In this document: in pieces, positions 25,818-40,181 of the stretch | Layout: every line of letters starts with the position of its first letter | Numbering within the stretch: position 1 is the stretch's first letter | Notes under the pieces: generated by a model | Told to the model about the DNA's origin: nothing | Database searches by the model: none | What the model saw: only the letters and a program-made list of their open reading frames with translations | Program-made: the position numbers and the translations under genes | DNA from: Octopus bimaculoides | Lineage: Eukaryota | Direction of reading: 5' to 3' | Length of the DNA: 64,000 nt | Assembly: GCF_001194135.2 (NCBI RefSeq) | Contig: NC_068983.1 | Location: 31,209,328 to 31,273,327 of the forward strand

Positions 25818-26341
25818 NNNNNNNNNNNNNNNNNNNNNNNNNNNNNNNNNNNNNNNNNNNNNNNNNNNNNNNNNNNNNNNNNNNNNNNNNNNNNNNNNNN
25901 NNNNNNNNNNNNNNNNNNNNNNNNNNNNNNNNNNNNNNNNNNNNNNNNNNNNNNNNNNNNNNNNNNNNNNNNNNNNNNNNNNNNNNNNNNNNNNNNNNNN
26001 NNNNNNNNNNNNNNNNNNNNNNNNNNNNNNNNNNNNNNNNNNNNNNNNNNNNNNNNNNNNNNNNNNNNNNNNNNNNNNNNNNNNNNNNNNNNNNNNNNNN
26101 NNNNNNNNNNNNNNNNNNNNNNNNNNNNNNNNNNNNNNNNNNNNNNNNNNNNNNNNNNNNNNNNNNNNNNNNNNNNNNNNNNNNNNNNNNNNNNNNNNNN
26201 NNNNNNNNNNNNNNNNNNNNNNNNNNNNNNNNNNNNNNNNNNNNNNNNNNNNNNNNNNNNNNNNNNNNNNNNNNNNNNNNNNNNNNNNNNNNNNNNNNNN
26301 NNNNNNNNNNNNNNNNNNNNNNNNNNNNNNNNNNNNNNNNN

Positions 26342-26381
<40 letters not shown>

Positions 26382-27100
26382 TGACATTCACATGCATACA
26401 CACCAGACAATATCTGCAGACTCACTGCTACTGACGGATTGCTTTACTCGGAGACAGTTTGAAAGAAACCGAAAACAAAACAGGAAAACCAAAACATCAT
26501 TACCGCCACCATCATCAACCACACAACAACAGCAGCAACAATGCTAATAGTAGAAACAATAACTATAACAATAATAAATATATAAATAATTGATTGAAAG
26601 TAAAAAAATGTTAATAGCAAATAATATTGTAAATAATAATCTAACAAAAAAGAAAACAAAAACAGCAGACGAAAGTTAAAAATACCCAACAAAAATACTG
26701 GTTTCGATAAAATGATGTTAATGATGATTCTTCATTAGTAACGAACTAACCCGAACTGGCGAACTGGTCGTTCATTGAATACGCATACGCGCACGCGCAC
26801 ACATAAATATACACACTCACACACACATACAAGCGCACAGACACACTCACGCACGCTCACTCAAACACACGGAGACAGACACACGCACACACACAGACAC
26901 AGACATAAACACACACACACTTACACACACACATATTCACACATAAAATAAGCTCATGCTACACTCTAATCTTTTCTGTCTGTGTCACACTATCATAGAC
27001 ACACATCATCGCAGATAGATGCACTGATACACGTGAGTAAAGACGTTTCACTTTTTTCTTCTCTCTTTTTCTTCCTCTATCTTTTCTCTCTTTCTTTTTC

Positions 27101-27153
<53 letters not shown>

Positions 27154-27263
27154 TTCGCTCCCTCTCGCTTCTCTTTACAGAAATGATGATATAACTTTCG
27201 TGATCCTTATACATACACATATATGTACGTACAGACATTAACTTATCCATCAGTACAAAGAAC

Positions 27264-27324
<61 letters not shown>

Positions 27325-27356
27325 TACATACATACATACAGACATACATACATAAA

Positions 27357-27387
<31 letters not shown>

Positions 27388-27790
27388 GTATGCATGTATG
27401 TATGCACACATGCATTTATGTACGTATGTGATAGACACATATGCGATCGTACACACAAACATACATGCTTTGATGCACATAAACGCATGATTATTGAGAC
27501 TTGTGTATTTATAATGCGCTTGCTCTCTTGATGTGAGTTTGTGTGTATGTGTGTGTGAGAGAGCGAGAGAGAAAGTGTGTGTGTTAGCTTGTACATGTGT
27601 GTGTACGTGTGTATGCATTTGTGCCTTTGTGTCTGTGTGTATGTATACCTATGAAAAAGATTTGTATACTTTCAATAAGCTAAGTAAAACCCATACTTAT
27701 TTGAATATATCTTCTTATGGAAACATTTCTGGTGTTTTTTTTTTATTTCCCTAAATATGCATTGATGCTCGCTTATGCATATAAATGCCT
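23380..27790. repeat. Compound and degenerate microsatellite field (TG, TA, TACA/TGTA, CA, CT) with a gap
   Basis: Read directly; source of the many CVCV/YIHT ORFs. Confidence 0.9.
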
Positions 27791-28773
27791 TCACGCATAC
27801 ACGCACTCATACATGCACGTGCCCGAGCGTGAACACACACGCCACACATAAACAAACAAACCAACAACATTTAAATATGCGTGAGAGTGTATGTGGTGGA
27901 TATTCTGATTTATGTAGCTGTATATTTTCAACGTGATTGTTACCATTAATTCATAATTACATAGCAATAGAGAAATAGCAAGAACTATGTTTGATATTGT
28001 TGTTGTCATAATGATGATGAGATAATAGGAGCGAAAGGGAACGAAGAATAAAATGAGACGATGATGGTGCTATTGTTGTTGATGATGATGATGATGATGA
28101 TGATGATGAGGGGGGGGGGTGTAACATCAGAAGCAGGAGCAGGAGCAGGACGATGGTTTATTGATTTATCACAGCATATAGTGTAATGCTATGTTTCTGC
28201 CAAATGAAGAAATTATTTTGCTGTTATTCTTATTCTTGTTGTATTTAGTTATTGCTACTGCTTTTGTTGTCTACGTTCTTCTCCGCCTTAGACTTTCTTT
28301 TTGATGCTGTGTTTCTTCTTCACCGTCTTATTATTATTATTATTTTTTATTATTGGAATATGAGACATCATAGATTGCCGAGCTCACACAGTTCAGGTTA
28401 AATACCAGCCTCAAACTGGGTAGCTAAATCACCTGCATCTCTTCCCTCTAAATTGATTACCTTTTAACAGAAATTTCTCGGAGCTGAAACCTCAGCCATA
28501 CCTACTATAACTTTTATTCTAATTATTCATGTTGATGTCGTTTAGTTCCAGATCAACTCTGATGGAGCACAACTAAGATCAAAGGGCTTTCACTAGAAAT
28601 CATCGCGTCTTTTTCTATAACGAACTATACACTGTCCTATAGTTAGGCCGGCATCGTATTTTGAGGGAGATTTAGTTGATCGAGCGACAGCGTAGAGACT
28701 CTATTGTAGGCATGTATGAATACTTACTCTGCTCAATCAGATTTCTCAAATCTTCCATGTCCTGTCCCCCAAA

Positions 28774-29030
28774 ATGTGTGGCATTGTATCAAAGTTAGAA
28801 AGCATATTTGTTACCATGATGTGTCCTCTAACAGTTTCAGCGATGAGCATTCAGCTGTCGATAAGAGTAATTCTCCGGCTGAATTTGAGTGATGGAATAT
28901 GTGACAAGGCTACTACACTTCTAAATCACTGCTACACTCCATTTCACAGGCTTCGACGCAGTTTCGGCCCACATAGCTTCATTCACAAGGCAAGACAGTG
29001 GAATCGAACTATTATGATTGCGAAGTGAAC
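28774..29030 (+). mobile_element. Possible CR1/L2-group LINE 3' fragment
   Basis: ORF ends with HRLRRSFGPHSFIHKARQWN, resembling the SF.P...R.WN terminal motif. Confidence 0.35.
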
Positions 29031-29774
29031 TTAACTATTATACTATGCATGTGTTCACATTTCTTATTTATTGTTATTTGGACCGGCAAGAGCAGCAGAG
29101 TGTCGGGCCGGATGTCCTATTTAGCATTGCTTAACGATACGCCTCGAAGTACTTAGCAGTAATTGGACTGATAAGAGAATCGTTAAAGTTTCAGACAAAA
29201 AACTTCCGGTATTTAGCAATGACTCATCACGTCTTGAGATCGAATCTTTCCGAAGTCAACTTTGCTTAATAAGATAAAGTACCAGTCAAGTACTGGATAA
29301 TTCAATATTTTCGTTAGGCATCCTTGGTTTGAATATAGTCTTCATGGAACGGAGTTGGCAGTGGTTAACGCTGTTCAGGGATCGATAAAATAAGTAGCAG
29401 TAGTAGAGGGTTTGCGTTAATTGACTATACTACTTCCCTAACAGCTACAGACTTGTGTCCGGCAAAAATGGTTCGAACGAATGGACACATAGATTGGCCG
29501 ATGATTCGCGCCTTCTGTGACCAGGATAATCTTGGATCTGTAGGTTTCCTTGATCAGCTCTAGTTGGAGGTTCTCATGTATCGGGTGAACTACATTATTT
29601 ATGTGCCCGCGTACTTTGTATACAATGTTTTCTTTTTTTTTCTTTATCTCATTTCACCATTTTTCCTTTTCTTTTCCCTCGTCCCCAACACTAATTGTAA
29701 ATTGCCCTTACACTGTACTCCTATATGGTTCTATGACAAATAAAAGAATCGTCATCATCATCATCATCATTATT

Positions 29775-30013
29775 AAGGCGGCGAGCTGGCAGAATCGTTG
29801 GCACTCCGGGCAATATGCTTAGCGGCATTTCGTCCGTCTTCATGTTCTGAGTTCAAATTCCGCCAGGGTCGAATTTGTCTTTCATCCTTTAAAGGTCGAT
29901 AAAAAGTACTAATTGAGTACTAGGCTCGATGTAATCGACTGTCCCCTCCCCCAAATTTCAGGTCTTGCAGGGGGGGGGGGGGCGGTTAGAATTTTCTTCA
30001 TGTTGAGTAGCCC

Positions 30014-30047
<34 letters not shown>

Positions 30048-30234
30048 CATTATTATTATTATTATGTGATAGAGGGGTAAAATATACGAAGCCTAGTATA
30101 CCCATCATGACTACCCGTCTGATAAGGATACACCGGGCACATGCATCACAACTATATGTGCGTGCCATGATGATCTCATCAGGGCATTTATTACTATTGT
30201 TATTATTATCATTATTATTATTATTATTATTATC

Positions 30235-30302
<68 letters not shown>

Positions 30303-30313
30303 GATTATTATTA

Positions 30314-30378
<65 letters not shown>

Positions 30379-30635
30379 TATCATTATGAAGAGGTTAGCT
30401 GGCAGAATCGTTACCGCGCCGGATGAAATACTTAGCGGTATTTCGTCCGCCTTTACCTCTATTTAAGTTTAAATTCTGCCGAGGTCAACTTTGCCTTTCG
30501 TCTCTTTCGGTGTCAATAAAATAGATACCTGTTGACCACTGGGGGTCGATGTTTTCTACTAGACCTCTCTCCCAAACTTGCTAGCCTTGTGCCAAAAGTT
30601 GAAACCATTATTAATATTATTATTATTATTATTAT

Positions 30636-30692
<57 letters not shown>

Positions 30693-31080
30693 AAGTACTA
30701 GTAGTACTAGTAGTAGTAGTATGCATAAGGTGGCAACGTGCTATTTAAGGCGGCGAGCTGGCATCTAAGGTAGTGATCTGGCAGAATCATTAGTGTGTCG
30801 GACAAAATGCCATAATAATTATTAGCAATTACTTTAGCAGATATTGCACGAAGATGGACTTAATACAAGGCGGCGAGTTGGCAGAATAGTTACTGCGCCG
30901 AAAAAATTGCTTGGCAGCATTTCGTCAGCCTTTACGTTCCGAGTTCCATTGCCGCCGAATTCGACTTTGCTTTACATCTTTTCGGGGTCGATAAAATAAG
31001 TACTATTTGATCACTGGGGTCTTTCTGATCGACTTACTCCTTACCTCGAACTTGCTGGCCTTGTGCCATTATTTTGAATC
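29775..31080 (+). mobile_element. Cluster of same-orientation SINE copies separated by (CAT)n/(TAT)n/(TAG)n tracts
   Basis: AAGGCGGCGAGCTGGCAGAATC-type heads at 29775, 30389, 30747/30767 (truncated) and 30867. The longer copies carry GAGTTCAAATTCCGCC..GTCGA..CCTTT..GGTCGATAAAA-like bodies. Confidence 0.85.
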
Positions 31081-31818
31081 CAGCCTTTCAATCCTGTTCA
31101 GACCAGCTTTTGCCTTTCAGTATTCTGGTGTTAATATAACACCTAGGTTTTTTTTTTATATATAGTGGTTATTGTTAGCTACAGATCTGCTCAGACAGAA
31201 CAACTTGTTCGTCTATTCAATAGATGATGGCCATAACATCATAAATTAGATGTTAATGAGGGGGGAATTATATTTATTTACTTATCTCAATTTGTCAACG
31301 ATTGCATTATAGGTTGCAAGTTTCCGAGGAGCGAATCTCTGCGTTATTGCATTTCTGGTGGCGAGTATGAAGGGACTATCTGTAATTCGATGTCCTTCAT
31401 CCGAAGAGCTCCAGTTTTCTGCCACTGTTTGCATACTTCACCGATAAATGTTGTCTTGGGTTAGACATTAAATTGCTTCCAGTAAGTAATAAGACTTCAA
31501 ATCGGAAGTTCATGAGTTTGTGAGTTATGCCTTGGTTTCCTTTGCCCCCAGGCCCACTCTGAATTAGAGTGAAAGTACCTGGTCAACGGCTCCAGATATA
31601 GGTCAAATAGCAGAAGGTGGTCTCGTGGCAAACAGGACTCGGAGGAGTGTTGGCCCTTAGACGTGTGTCACACAGGCCCTCTTATATGTGGGCATGCCCT
31701 GATGTCAAATCAATCAGTTCCTCTTCCTAAGAGCAAAATAGATTATATCTAATAATATTTATCTTTCACTGGGTGGAGTACTTGTTTTGTTAATCCCACC
31801 AATAACAGAATAGTACAT

Positions 31819-31896
<78 letters not shown>

Positions 31897-31954
31897 CGTG
31901 CGTGTTTGTGTGTGTGCGTGCGTGTGTGCACGTGCGTGCGTGTGTGCACGTGCG

Positions 31955-31992
<38 letters not shown>

Positions 31993-32089
31993 CGTGCGTG
32001 AGTGTGCGTGTTTGTGTGTATGTATGTATGTATGTAATCATGTCTGTATATATGTAAGAATGTATGCACGTATGTATGCCTTGCTTTGC

Positions 32090-32790
32090 CTTATCCATTT
32101 CCTCCCTCAGTCCTGTGGGTCAGGAATCATGGACGCACGCATTATCACTCCATCGATTTCTGCTTCTGTCTATGGTCGATGCTTTCTCCCAGAGGTCGTC
32201 CAGGAGCTTTAATTTGTTCTTGTTAAAAGCTCTGTCTTTTCAGTTTGCATTGAAATACCTTAAGGCTGATCTTGCTGTCCCAAGTGGTACTCTCATTTCA
32301 TAGCCTCCGTCCCATGATTGTTCTATGGTAATTCCTTGGCACTGGATGTTGAGGTGTTATGGTGTTTTTGTCGCTGCCATGACTTTTGTCATGTTGCATT
32401 GATATCCTGCAGGTTTTCACTCAGTATACTGTCCTGTAATTTCGGTATCCCCACCCCTTGGTGATGTTGCGATAAGTTCTATATCGTTAGGAAATCGTTG
32501 ATTATTGATGCTTTTGTCAGTAATGGTGATTCCTATTCAACTAAGTTCGTCAAATGAATCTTCCATTGCATCTTCAGAATAAAAGTTGATGCATATGACT
32601 GAAGCAAGTCTATCTTCACGAATTTCTTTCTTGATATAAAACCATTCAATGTTTTCTTCAGTGCACCTGAGAATGGACGTACTATATCAAACCACTGCCT
32701 GCAAATGCCCAGATATTCATTGACGTGACTAGATTTCTCGCAGTCAGGTTGGGTTTTAAAACCACTTTTACTCTTGCTGAATTGATGTTG
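32090..32790 (-). mobile_element. RTE-type LINE reverse-transcriptase fragment
   Basis: Minus strand gives GITITDKSINNQRFPNDIELIA (INNLRFADDI.L-like) followed by a TKVM-like motif, heavily frameshifted. Confidence 0.6.
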
Positions 32791-33218
32791 TTGTTGTTGT
32801 TGTTGTTACCGATACATTCTATGTGTGAAGTGTGACCATGTGGCCCTTTTTTCTCTCTTCCACCCCACTCCACTTCTCTCTTATGCTCTTTTATTATCTC
32901 TCTTTCTTCACCTTCTACTCTGTTTTCCAGTCAAACCTGTCTATATTCGTCTCCGTCTTTCTTTGCCCTGTATTTAGGACTGGCGGCATTTGTTCCTGTA
33001 ACTGGATTATATGCTCGCGTAGTTGCTGTCTGCTAATCTCATGAAACACGTGTAAATTATACACTCACACACGCTGCGCACGCGTGCACACACACATACA
33101 CATACAGACAAAATAAAGCAACAGTTGTGAAATATATCAAAATATATTTTACATAGCTCTAACATTCAATCGTGAATAGCCAAGGGCGAAAGTCGGAGAG
33201 AAGACAGTCAGCTTTTGA

Positions 33219-33219
33219 T

Positions 33220-33315
<96 letters not shown>

Positions 33316-33402
33316 TGTGTCTGTGCGTGCGCGCGTATGTGTATGCACGCTTGTGTTTATGTGTGTCTGTGAAAGAGAGGATAGAGATATTTACAGAGTA
33401 AT

Positions 33403-33446
<44 letters not shown>

Positions 33447-33815
33447 AGATAGAGCAAGCGGGAAAGATAGAGATGAAGAAACAAAGGATAGAGAATGCAT
33501 CGACAAAGACAGATAAACATAAAGATAGCTTGATACATAGATAAAGAGAAGTAGAAATTGCTTTTAATGAGAGAAAATCTGTATAGAAAGGTAGAAAAAG
33601 ACAAGTGAAAATGAAAGAATATTGAGAAATATACATAGGAAGAAATACTCTGAAGCGAGGGAAAGTGAGAGAAACCAGAGAGAGAGACAGGCAGATAGAA
33701 GAGAGAGACAGAGAGATCAGGGAGAGAGAGAGAAACAAAGAGAGAGACAGAGACAGATCAGAGAGAGATCAGAGAGAGAGAGAGAGAGAGAGAGATCAGA
33801 GAGAAAGAGAGAGAG

Positions 33816-33870
<55 letters not shown>
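33219..33870. repeat. (TG)n, (TA)n and long imperfect (GA)n microsatellites
   Basis: Read directly. Confidence 0.95.
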
Positions 33871-34668
33871 GGAAGAATGAATGAAAAATAAACAACACAG
33901 AAATACTGAGAACTTACAAGTACGAATATTATAACGTAAGAAACAAATAATGTATATAAGAGGAGTACAAGAAAGTGTAAAAGAGAAGAAGAGAGAACGA
34001 GAAGGAAGCAAAGAGACAGACAGAGAGACAGAGAAAGAAAGAAAACGGATGAGTGAGTCGATAAGAAAAGCAGAACCAATAGGATTTTAATGATCCGAAG
34101 TTTAATTGCTATATTTAGCTGCAAATCCCTATTGCATTTCTCGTGCTTTGCCCTCGATCCGTACAGTCGAGACTTCTTCAATTGATATATCGAATTTATG
34201 AATCAATTTCGAGCATGTTCACCCTCAACCACTAACGATGAGAGAACCGTAGAATAAATGCGAATAAATTTATTCAGAAGAGATATTTAGAATTTAGCAA
34301 GCATTCAGAAGATTCGTTGCCATAGCAAGTTCTAAATAAATCAGAGGAAGCAAGATAAAATACAATTTTCACAGAGGTCGCCAGATAAGTTTAACCCTTT
34401 GAAGTCTGTCCTTTTAAAGTTGTGAAGAAGTAATTAATTACGTGATAGATTAATTGTTTGATCAATCGATCGGGTGGTTGGTAGATTAGTTAAATTCTTC
34501 TGCTAATTAATCTTTATTTAATAATTAATATTTCTAGGTCATGTATTAGTTTATCAGTTGACTCGTGACATCTATCTTCTATCTTTCTAATTCTCTTCTT
34601 TTCTCTTCACACACACACACACATATATATATGCGCATACCCACACATACACACACACACATACACAC

Positions 34669-34723
<55 letters not shown>

Positions 34724-34724
34724 C

Positions 34725-34755
<31 letters not shown>

Positions 34756-35163
34756 NNNNNNNNNNNNNNNNNNNNNNNNNNNNNNNNNNNNNNNNNNNNN
34801 NNNNNNNNNNNNNNNNNNNNNNNNNNNNNNNNNNNNNNNNNNNNNNNNNNNNNNNNNNNNNNNNNNNNNNNNNNNNNNNNNNNNNNNNNNNNNNNNNNNN
34901 NNNNNNNNNNNNNNNNNNNNNNNNNNNNNNNNNNNNNNNNNNNNNNNNNNNNNNNNNNNNNNNNNNNNNNNNNNNNNNNNNNNNNNNNNNNNNNNNNNNN
35001 NNNNNNNNNNNNNNNNNNNNNNNNNNNNNNNNNNNNNNNNNNNNNNNNNNNNNNNNNNNNNNNNNNNNNNNNNNNNNNNNNNNNNNNNNNNNNNNNNNNN
35101 NNNNNNNNNNNNNNNNNNGATACGAGTACTCACAGTTTCGCGCTACATGAGATACTTCATACA

Positions 35164-35200
<37 letters not shown>

Positions 35201-35295
35201 GGAAAACAAAAATATTGAAGCTCAACTTTTCTTTGTACTTCTACTTATCTGCAAAAATTTATCTTCCTGCATATGTATACACACACACACACACA

Positions 35296-35327
<32 letters not shown>

Positions 35328-35554
35328 TACGTAAAGGTAAGATTCAAGGATCAAGGTGTAGGAAGTTAGTGACCTTGAAGCAATCCGTAGAATATATTTA
35401 AAAAAAAAACTTTCGGGAACAATAGTGGTTTATTGGCGCAGGAAATTGTGAATTTTTCCCGTATCGAAGTACGATAAGCTGAAAAAAGTTAAGTTTGTAG
35501 TTCACGGTTAGCAATAGGGGTTGTTGTATATGCGAATAAACATCCAAAAAATAG

Positions 35555-35883
35555 GGGATGGAGTAGATAAAATCCAGGTTATATATGTTTCATAGCTAGC
35601 GGAACCTCGGAAGTAGTAAATTATCCAAACGAGTGGTACTCTTCAGGCCAAGGATACCTTGATTCGCTAATGTGTATTTCTCTAGAACTTTACTTTCTAT
35701 ACATTTTGCTCGAATCTCCAACGTGTTAACACGTGATCTCCTAACGACAATGTAAACTTCATATAATCAAAGTATCCTTGGCCTAAAGAGTAGCTTGTGG
35801 TCTACCCCTTGTTTGGATAATTTACTCCTCAGGCCCCGCTAGCTATGAAACATATGTAGCCTGGACTTTATCTATTCCATTCC
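35555..35883. mobile_element. MITE-like inverted-repeat element (~100-bp arms)
   Basis: 35561-35657 (GAGTAGATAAAATCCAGG..GCTAGCGG..TTATCCAAAC..GGCCAAGGATAC) is the approximate reverse complement of 35772-35877. Confidence 0.65.
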
Positions 35884-37734
35884 GTAACATATATATATAT
35901 ATGCATGTACATACCTTTCCGTTGGAATATCTTTGTTTCTACATCCATGTATCAATCCTGAAGGCATGCCTTAATAATTTCCTTCAGACATTATTTTAAA
36001 CTATTTCTGTTTATCCACTCTAACAGTTTATACCTTCAGTCATCTCAATATTTGATAAGTACTGGGAAGACTATTTCACCGAAGAGGTGTAATAAGACTT
36101 AAACATGTTTCCAATTGCCTCTATATTACTAAACATGAGACTCACATCTCGCTATAGGCCCTCTTTCTACTTATATTGAAATTGCATTGATTTTAATTCG
36201 GATATATCCTCTGACTTTCTTGACTAGAATTTAATTAAACTCAATGTAAGCTTAATGATTAATTCTGATCAAGAAAGGCAGGTGTAATTTTAATCACTTA
36301 ACTTTTTGGGGTCACTACATTAGATATGTTGTCGCCAACTTAGCTATATATAAAAATACTGCGTGTGAAACAGTACCTATCTTTTCCCATGCCACTTTCA
36401 TTCACTTTTGATACGTTGTTTAATGTCAGGTCAACTCTAATGAAACAGACCTATGAACATCTTATCTCATTTTCTGAAAATGCATCCATGACTACAGTCT
36501 CCAACTTTTCCTTCCTCGCGGACTTCTTTTCTTACATTTTCTTTTGCTAAGATGGCATGATGTAATTTTAGGGGGAAGTTGGTTGCTGTTTCCAGAAAGT
36601 CTGACAGGCATATTGAAGTTCCCCCTCTTATACACTAGGAATATTTACAAAGTATGTTTTCTTTTTTTTTTCTGCAGAAATAAATGTCAGTGTCTAACGA
36701 TATAAACATACTCAGTTGTTGAGATTTTAGACAACTTTATTATGTACTGTATTTGCCGTCCATAAATTAAACGGATGATATTCGAGAAATCATAGTTGTT
36801 CACTGTTCTTGTACAGCATATTCAACTGAATTCAATGATTTCGAGACCTTTATTACTTTTGGTTTCTAACTTTTTGAAGACTCCGTTTTTACCAAGTGTA
36901 ATCATTTCTTTATATAGATTACTTCACCATTATTGTGCTGTAGAATTTGTGAATGAAATTCATTAATATCTGTTGTGTACGTGACCTCCATTGTACAGCA
37001 TTTGTTTCTCACTCCAATTTAAGTTTGTTTCCAAGTTTCTCGAATATGTCTTTAGTGTTTTACTAGTATTATTTTCTTGCAAGAAGATTTTCAAAGAAGG
37101 CAACGGCAGTGCACATCACTTTTTCTGTCAGGTTGGGGGGTGGGGAGGAAGAAATTCTAAATTGTAGGTTGTTCACCATTCGAATTCTTGCAAGAGTGGA
37201 ATTCTCTACGGCACCCAAGACCAGGTGCTGTGTTAAACCGAGTGATGGGTTAAGTCTGCCACTCAATAACAAAAGCAATCTATCCGACAGGTTTCCACAC
37301 TTTTTCGTCTGTACATATACTCTTAGAAGACTTAGACGGATTCATTGCTGTGGTAGAAACACTTGTCCAGGATGCTGCGTAGTGGGTTCCAACCCAAAGC
37401 CACCTGGCAACCAAATGAACTTTTTAACCGCACAGCAGTATCTAACGCAAATACATTATTTACTTAAACTAATTGTGATTACATCAGCGCAATTTTTCTT
37501 CAGAGAGGATTATAATGATTTTTGCTATAACAAGTATTATACGAAGGTAATACTTTATCGACATTTTGGGGATTGAAGTGAGCAAAAACTTTCAGACGGC
37601 ATTCTTTATAACCTTTTCGTGGTTCGAATGTATCAATATCTCTTATATTTATGAGCAGTTAAGATAGTTATCTACACAGCTCACAACAACTCCTCTCTCC
37701 CCGCCTTTCTCTCTCTCACTTTCTCTCTTTCTCA

Positions 37735-37813
<79 letters not shown>

Positions 37814-38449
37814 TCTCCCTCTCTCCCTCTCTCTCCCTCTCTCTCTTTTTCTGTCTTTTGATATATGCTCCTTAAAAGGTTAAGCAATGTCTACGTTATA
37901 AATTGTTCTTCTAACTTGTTATATATATATATATATATCCGGCTGCTATGTCCACTGTGATTTCGCAAGATTTTTATTCTGGTAATTTGATCCAATAGAT
38001 TTAAAATCGAGTAAGGGTTCTGTAACAAGAATTTAGTCGGTATAGATCAGAACCTCTTTCTAAATATTCTAGTGTTTTATCTACTTTAAGTTTATAAAAG
38101 ATGTACATGACTTATGTTGTAATCTTCACACATTTGTTTGAGAATTTTATTTTCTGAGCACACAGGAGAGAAAAAATTCACAGTTTTAGTATTAGAAACT
38201 GCTAGAAATAGTTGGTTCAATGTCTTGAAGAAAGAAATACAGGGAGATGGCAGTAAGCAGAGAATTGATTATAGCTAGAAGATTTGATAAGTGTGAAGGC
38301 AGATCTTTCAAGTCCTAAAGAACAGAATACAATATAGTGGCAATAAAATAAACTGAGAGAGTATATATACTGCACTGATAAAAGAGTGAAGAATATTTTC
38401 AGTTAGTGAGTTTTTATTTGTTTTTGAAAGAAGGCATGACAAAAGGTTT

Positions 38450-39370
38450 CGTAGTCCTATGCGCATCTTGGCTTGTTCGACATATTGATAACTTCACAAG
38501 TCTGTCCGAGATGCTGTGTACACACAACGGATAGTCTAGTCTGACAGCACCTCTGCGATTGGAGACTTTTTCTCTAATCAGTAGTACCCTTTAGAAGCAT
38601 TACTTAGAATTTCTAAAAGTTACCCATCGTAATCTTTGACCCGGAAGCTCTTCAGAACAGACCAAGTAGCTTGTCCTAGTTGATGCTAATAGCTTCCTCG
38701 AACATGTCGCTATCTCCTACCACTAATCTTCTATATATTGCTAACGTGGACTCACACGGACTCCTTTGTCCGACTGGTAGAGGGTAGTAAATGCTTAACA
38801 TTCCAGATGCCAGGAGACTATCTTGATCTTGGCTTGATTTAGGGATTGCAACGCTGTGAAAGAAACAAGCGGGGAGAAGACGTGCTTTTACAAACGTAGA
38901 TCGCACTATATTGTCACCGAAGAATCTTTGTAGGTGGAATATTCTCAGTGCACATACACAAACACGGAATGCCAAGCTCACCTTACAATGGGAATTGATA
39001 GCACGTGGAGAGCTTGAGAAGGGAAATGCGTCTCTTCCACTGGACGCAGAAGGATTCCAACTTGGTCAGTCGAAATCGGAGCAAGGCACAACGGATATAA
39101 GTTGTAATGAAGACGATGTAGGTATTCGCCACCTCAACCTAACCTTTCAGCGACAGCCTCTTCTTGATCATTACTGAGCAAGGTTAGCCATCTTGCACGT
39201 AATCTAATCCTGGTTCCAGTCCCTCTGGAGGTCCGGACCGAAACAAGCTCCAAGCTCCGGTTCATCTTTTCCATCCCACGGGACGCTGTCTAACCGCATT
39301 GATTTGTTTCTCCAGGTACCAAGCTGCAAGACCACTGACTTGAACAGATTTGTTTTTGCTCTGAAACACA
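38450..39370 (-). mobile_element. Tx1/L1-clade LINE fragment (post-RT region)
   Basis: Minus strand gives KSVQVSGL/LGTWRNKSM, LGACFGPDLQRDW, RLSLKG*VEVANTYI and GELGIPCL, matching the LSLKGR..V.N and GGLG.P motifs. Confidence 0.7.
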
Positions 39371-39899
39371 CCTACATTTCTAGAGGAATGTTCCAAGGGA
39401 ACTTCATTTTCCCACGCTTTGTTTAGCATTGATATATTTAGGCAACATGTTAAACACGACCTCAGATACAAAAGCTATGACAAGACAATTAAACATCCTT
39501 TGTACAAGGGCGGCACCAATTTATAGACTTGACATTATAAACAACTGGGTACAACCGCTGCTGGCAGTACATGAATTTATCAGAAAAATAGATATGAAAT
39601 TCCGACTGCAAAATGTGCTATGGAAACCTTCAAGTAAAGAAAATTAAGAACTCTAATATCATGTTAAATAAACTTAGAGAAGAGAGTTATACCAAACACA
39701 GACGTATAGGAGTTAATGAATTTGACACGGCATAACAAACACGAACGAAAGTAAAGTTTAATACTTCAGAAAAAGGTGAAAGTTACTCAGATTTAAGTAC
39801 CTTATTCTCTCTGTGAAACTTCAAGAGTTTAATCATGGTTTCGTGGAAGAAGAAAAGAAGGTAATGCAGTTTTCACGATAGTTACAACCGATAGCCGCA

Positions 39900-40181
39900 A
39901 CTATTTTACAAAGGATGTGAGCTGTTCAAAAACCTTTGCAAGTCAGTAATGCTACTGAACGAGGGTAAGCAGAAAGGTCTCACTGCCTTACCCAACAGCA
40001 CAGCTGACTGCTCCCCCGTGCTTGTAGAATAATGGGAGACTGTCAGTAGATTAGAAGAGGTGGTTAGATAGTGCATTGCGACCGACATACTTGTGGCGAA
40101 ATTGGCTATTTGCTCGACTATTTCTGCAAGATAGTTTTCTGGAAGTTGCTCGAGAGATGAACCCCACTCGGAACACACCAA
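39900..40181 (-). mobile_element. Second Tx1-like C-terminal (zf-RVT) fragment
   Basis: FYKHGGAVSCAVG*GSETFLLTLVQ..LAKVFEQL resembles LYKHG..VS..C..C..ET..HA.VQC. Confidence 0.45.
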
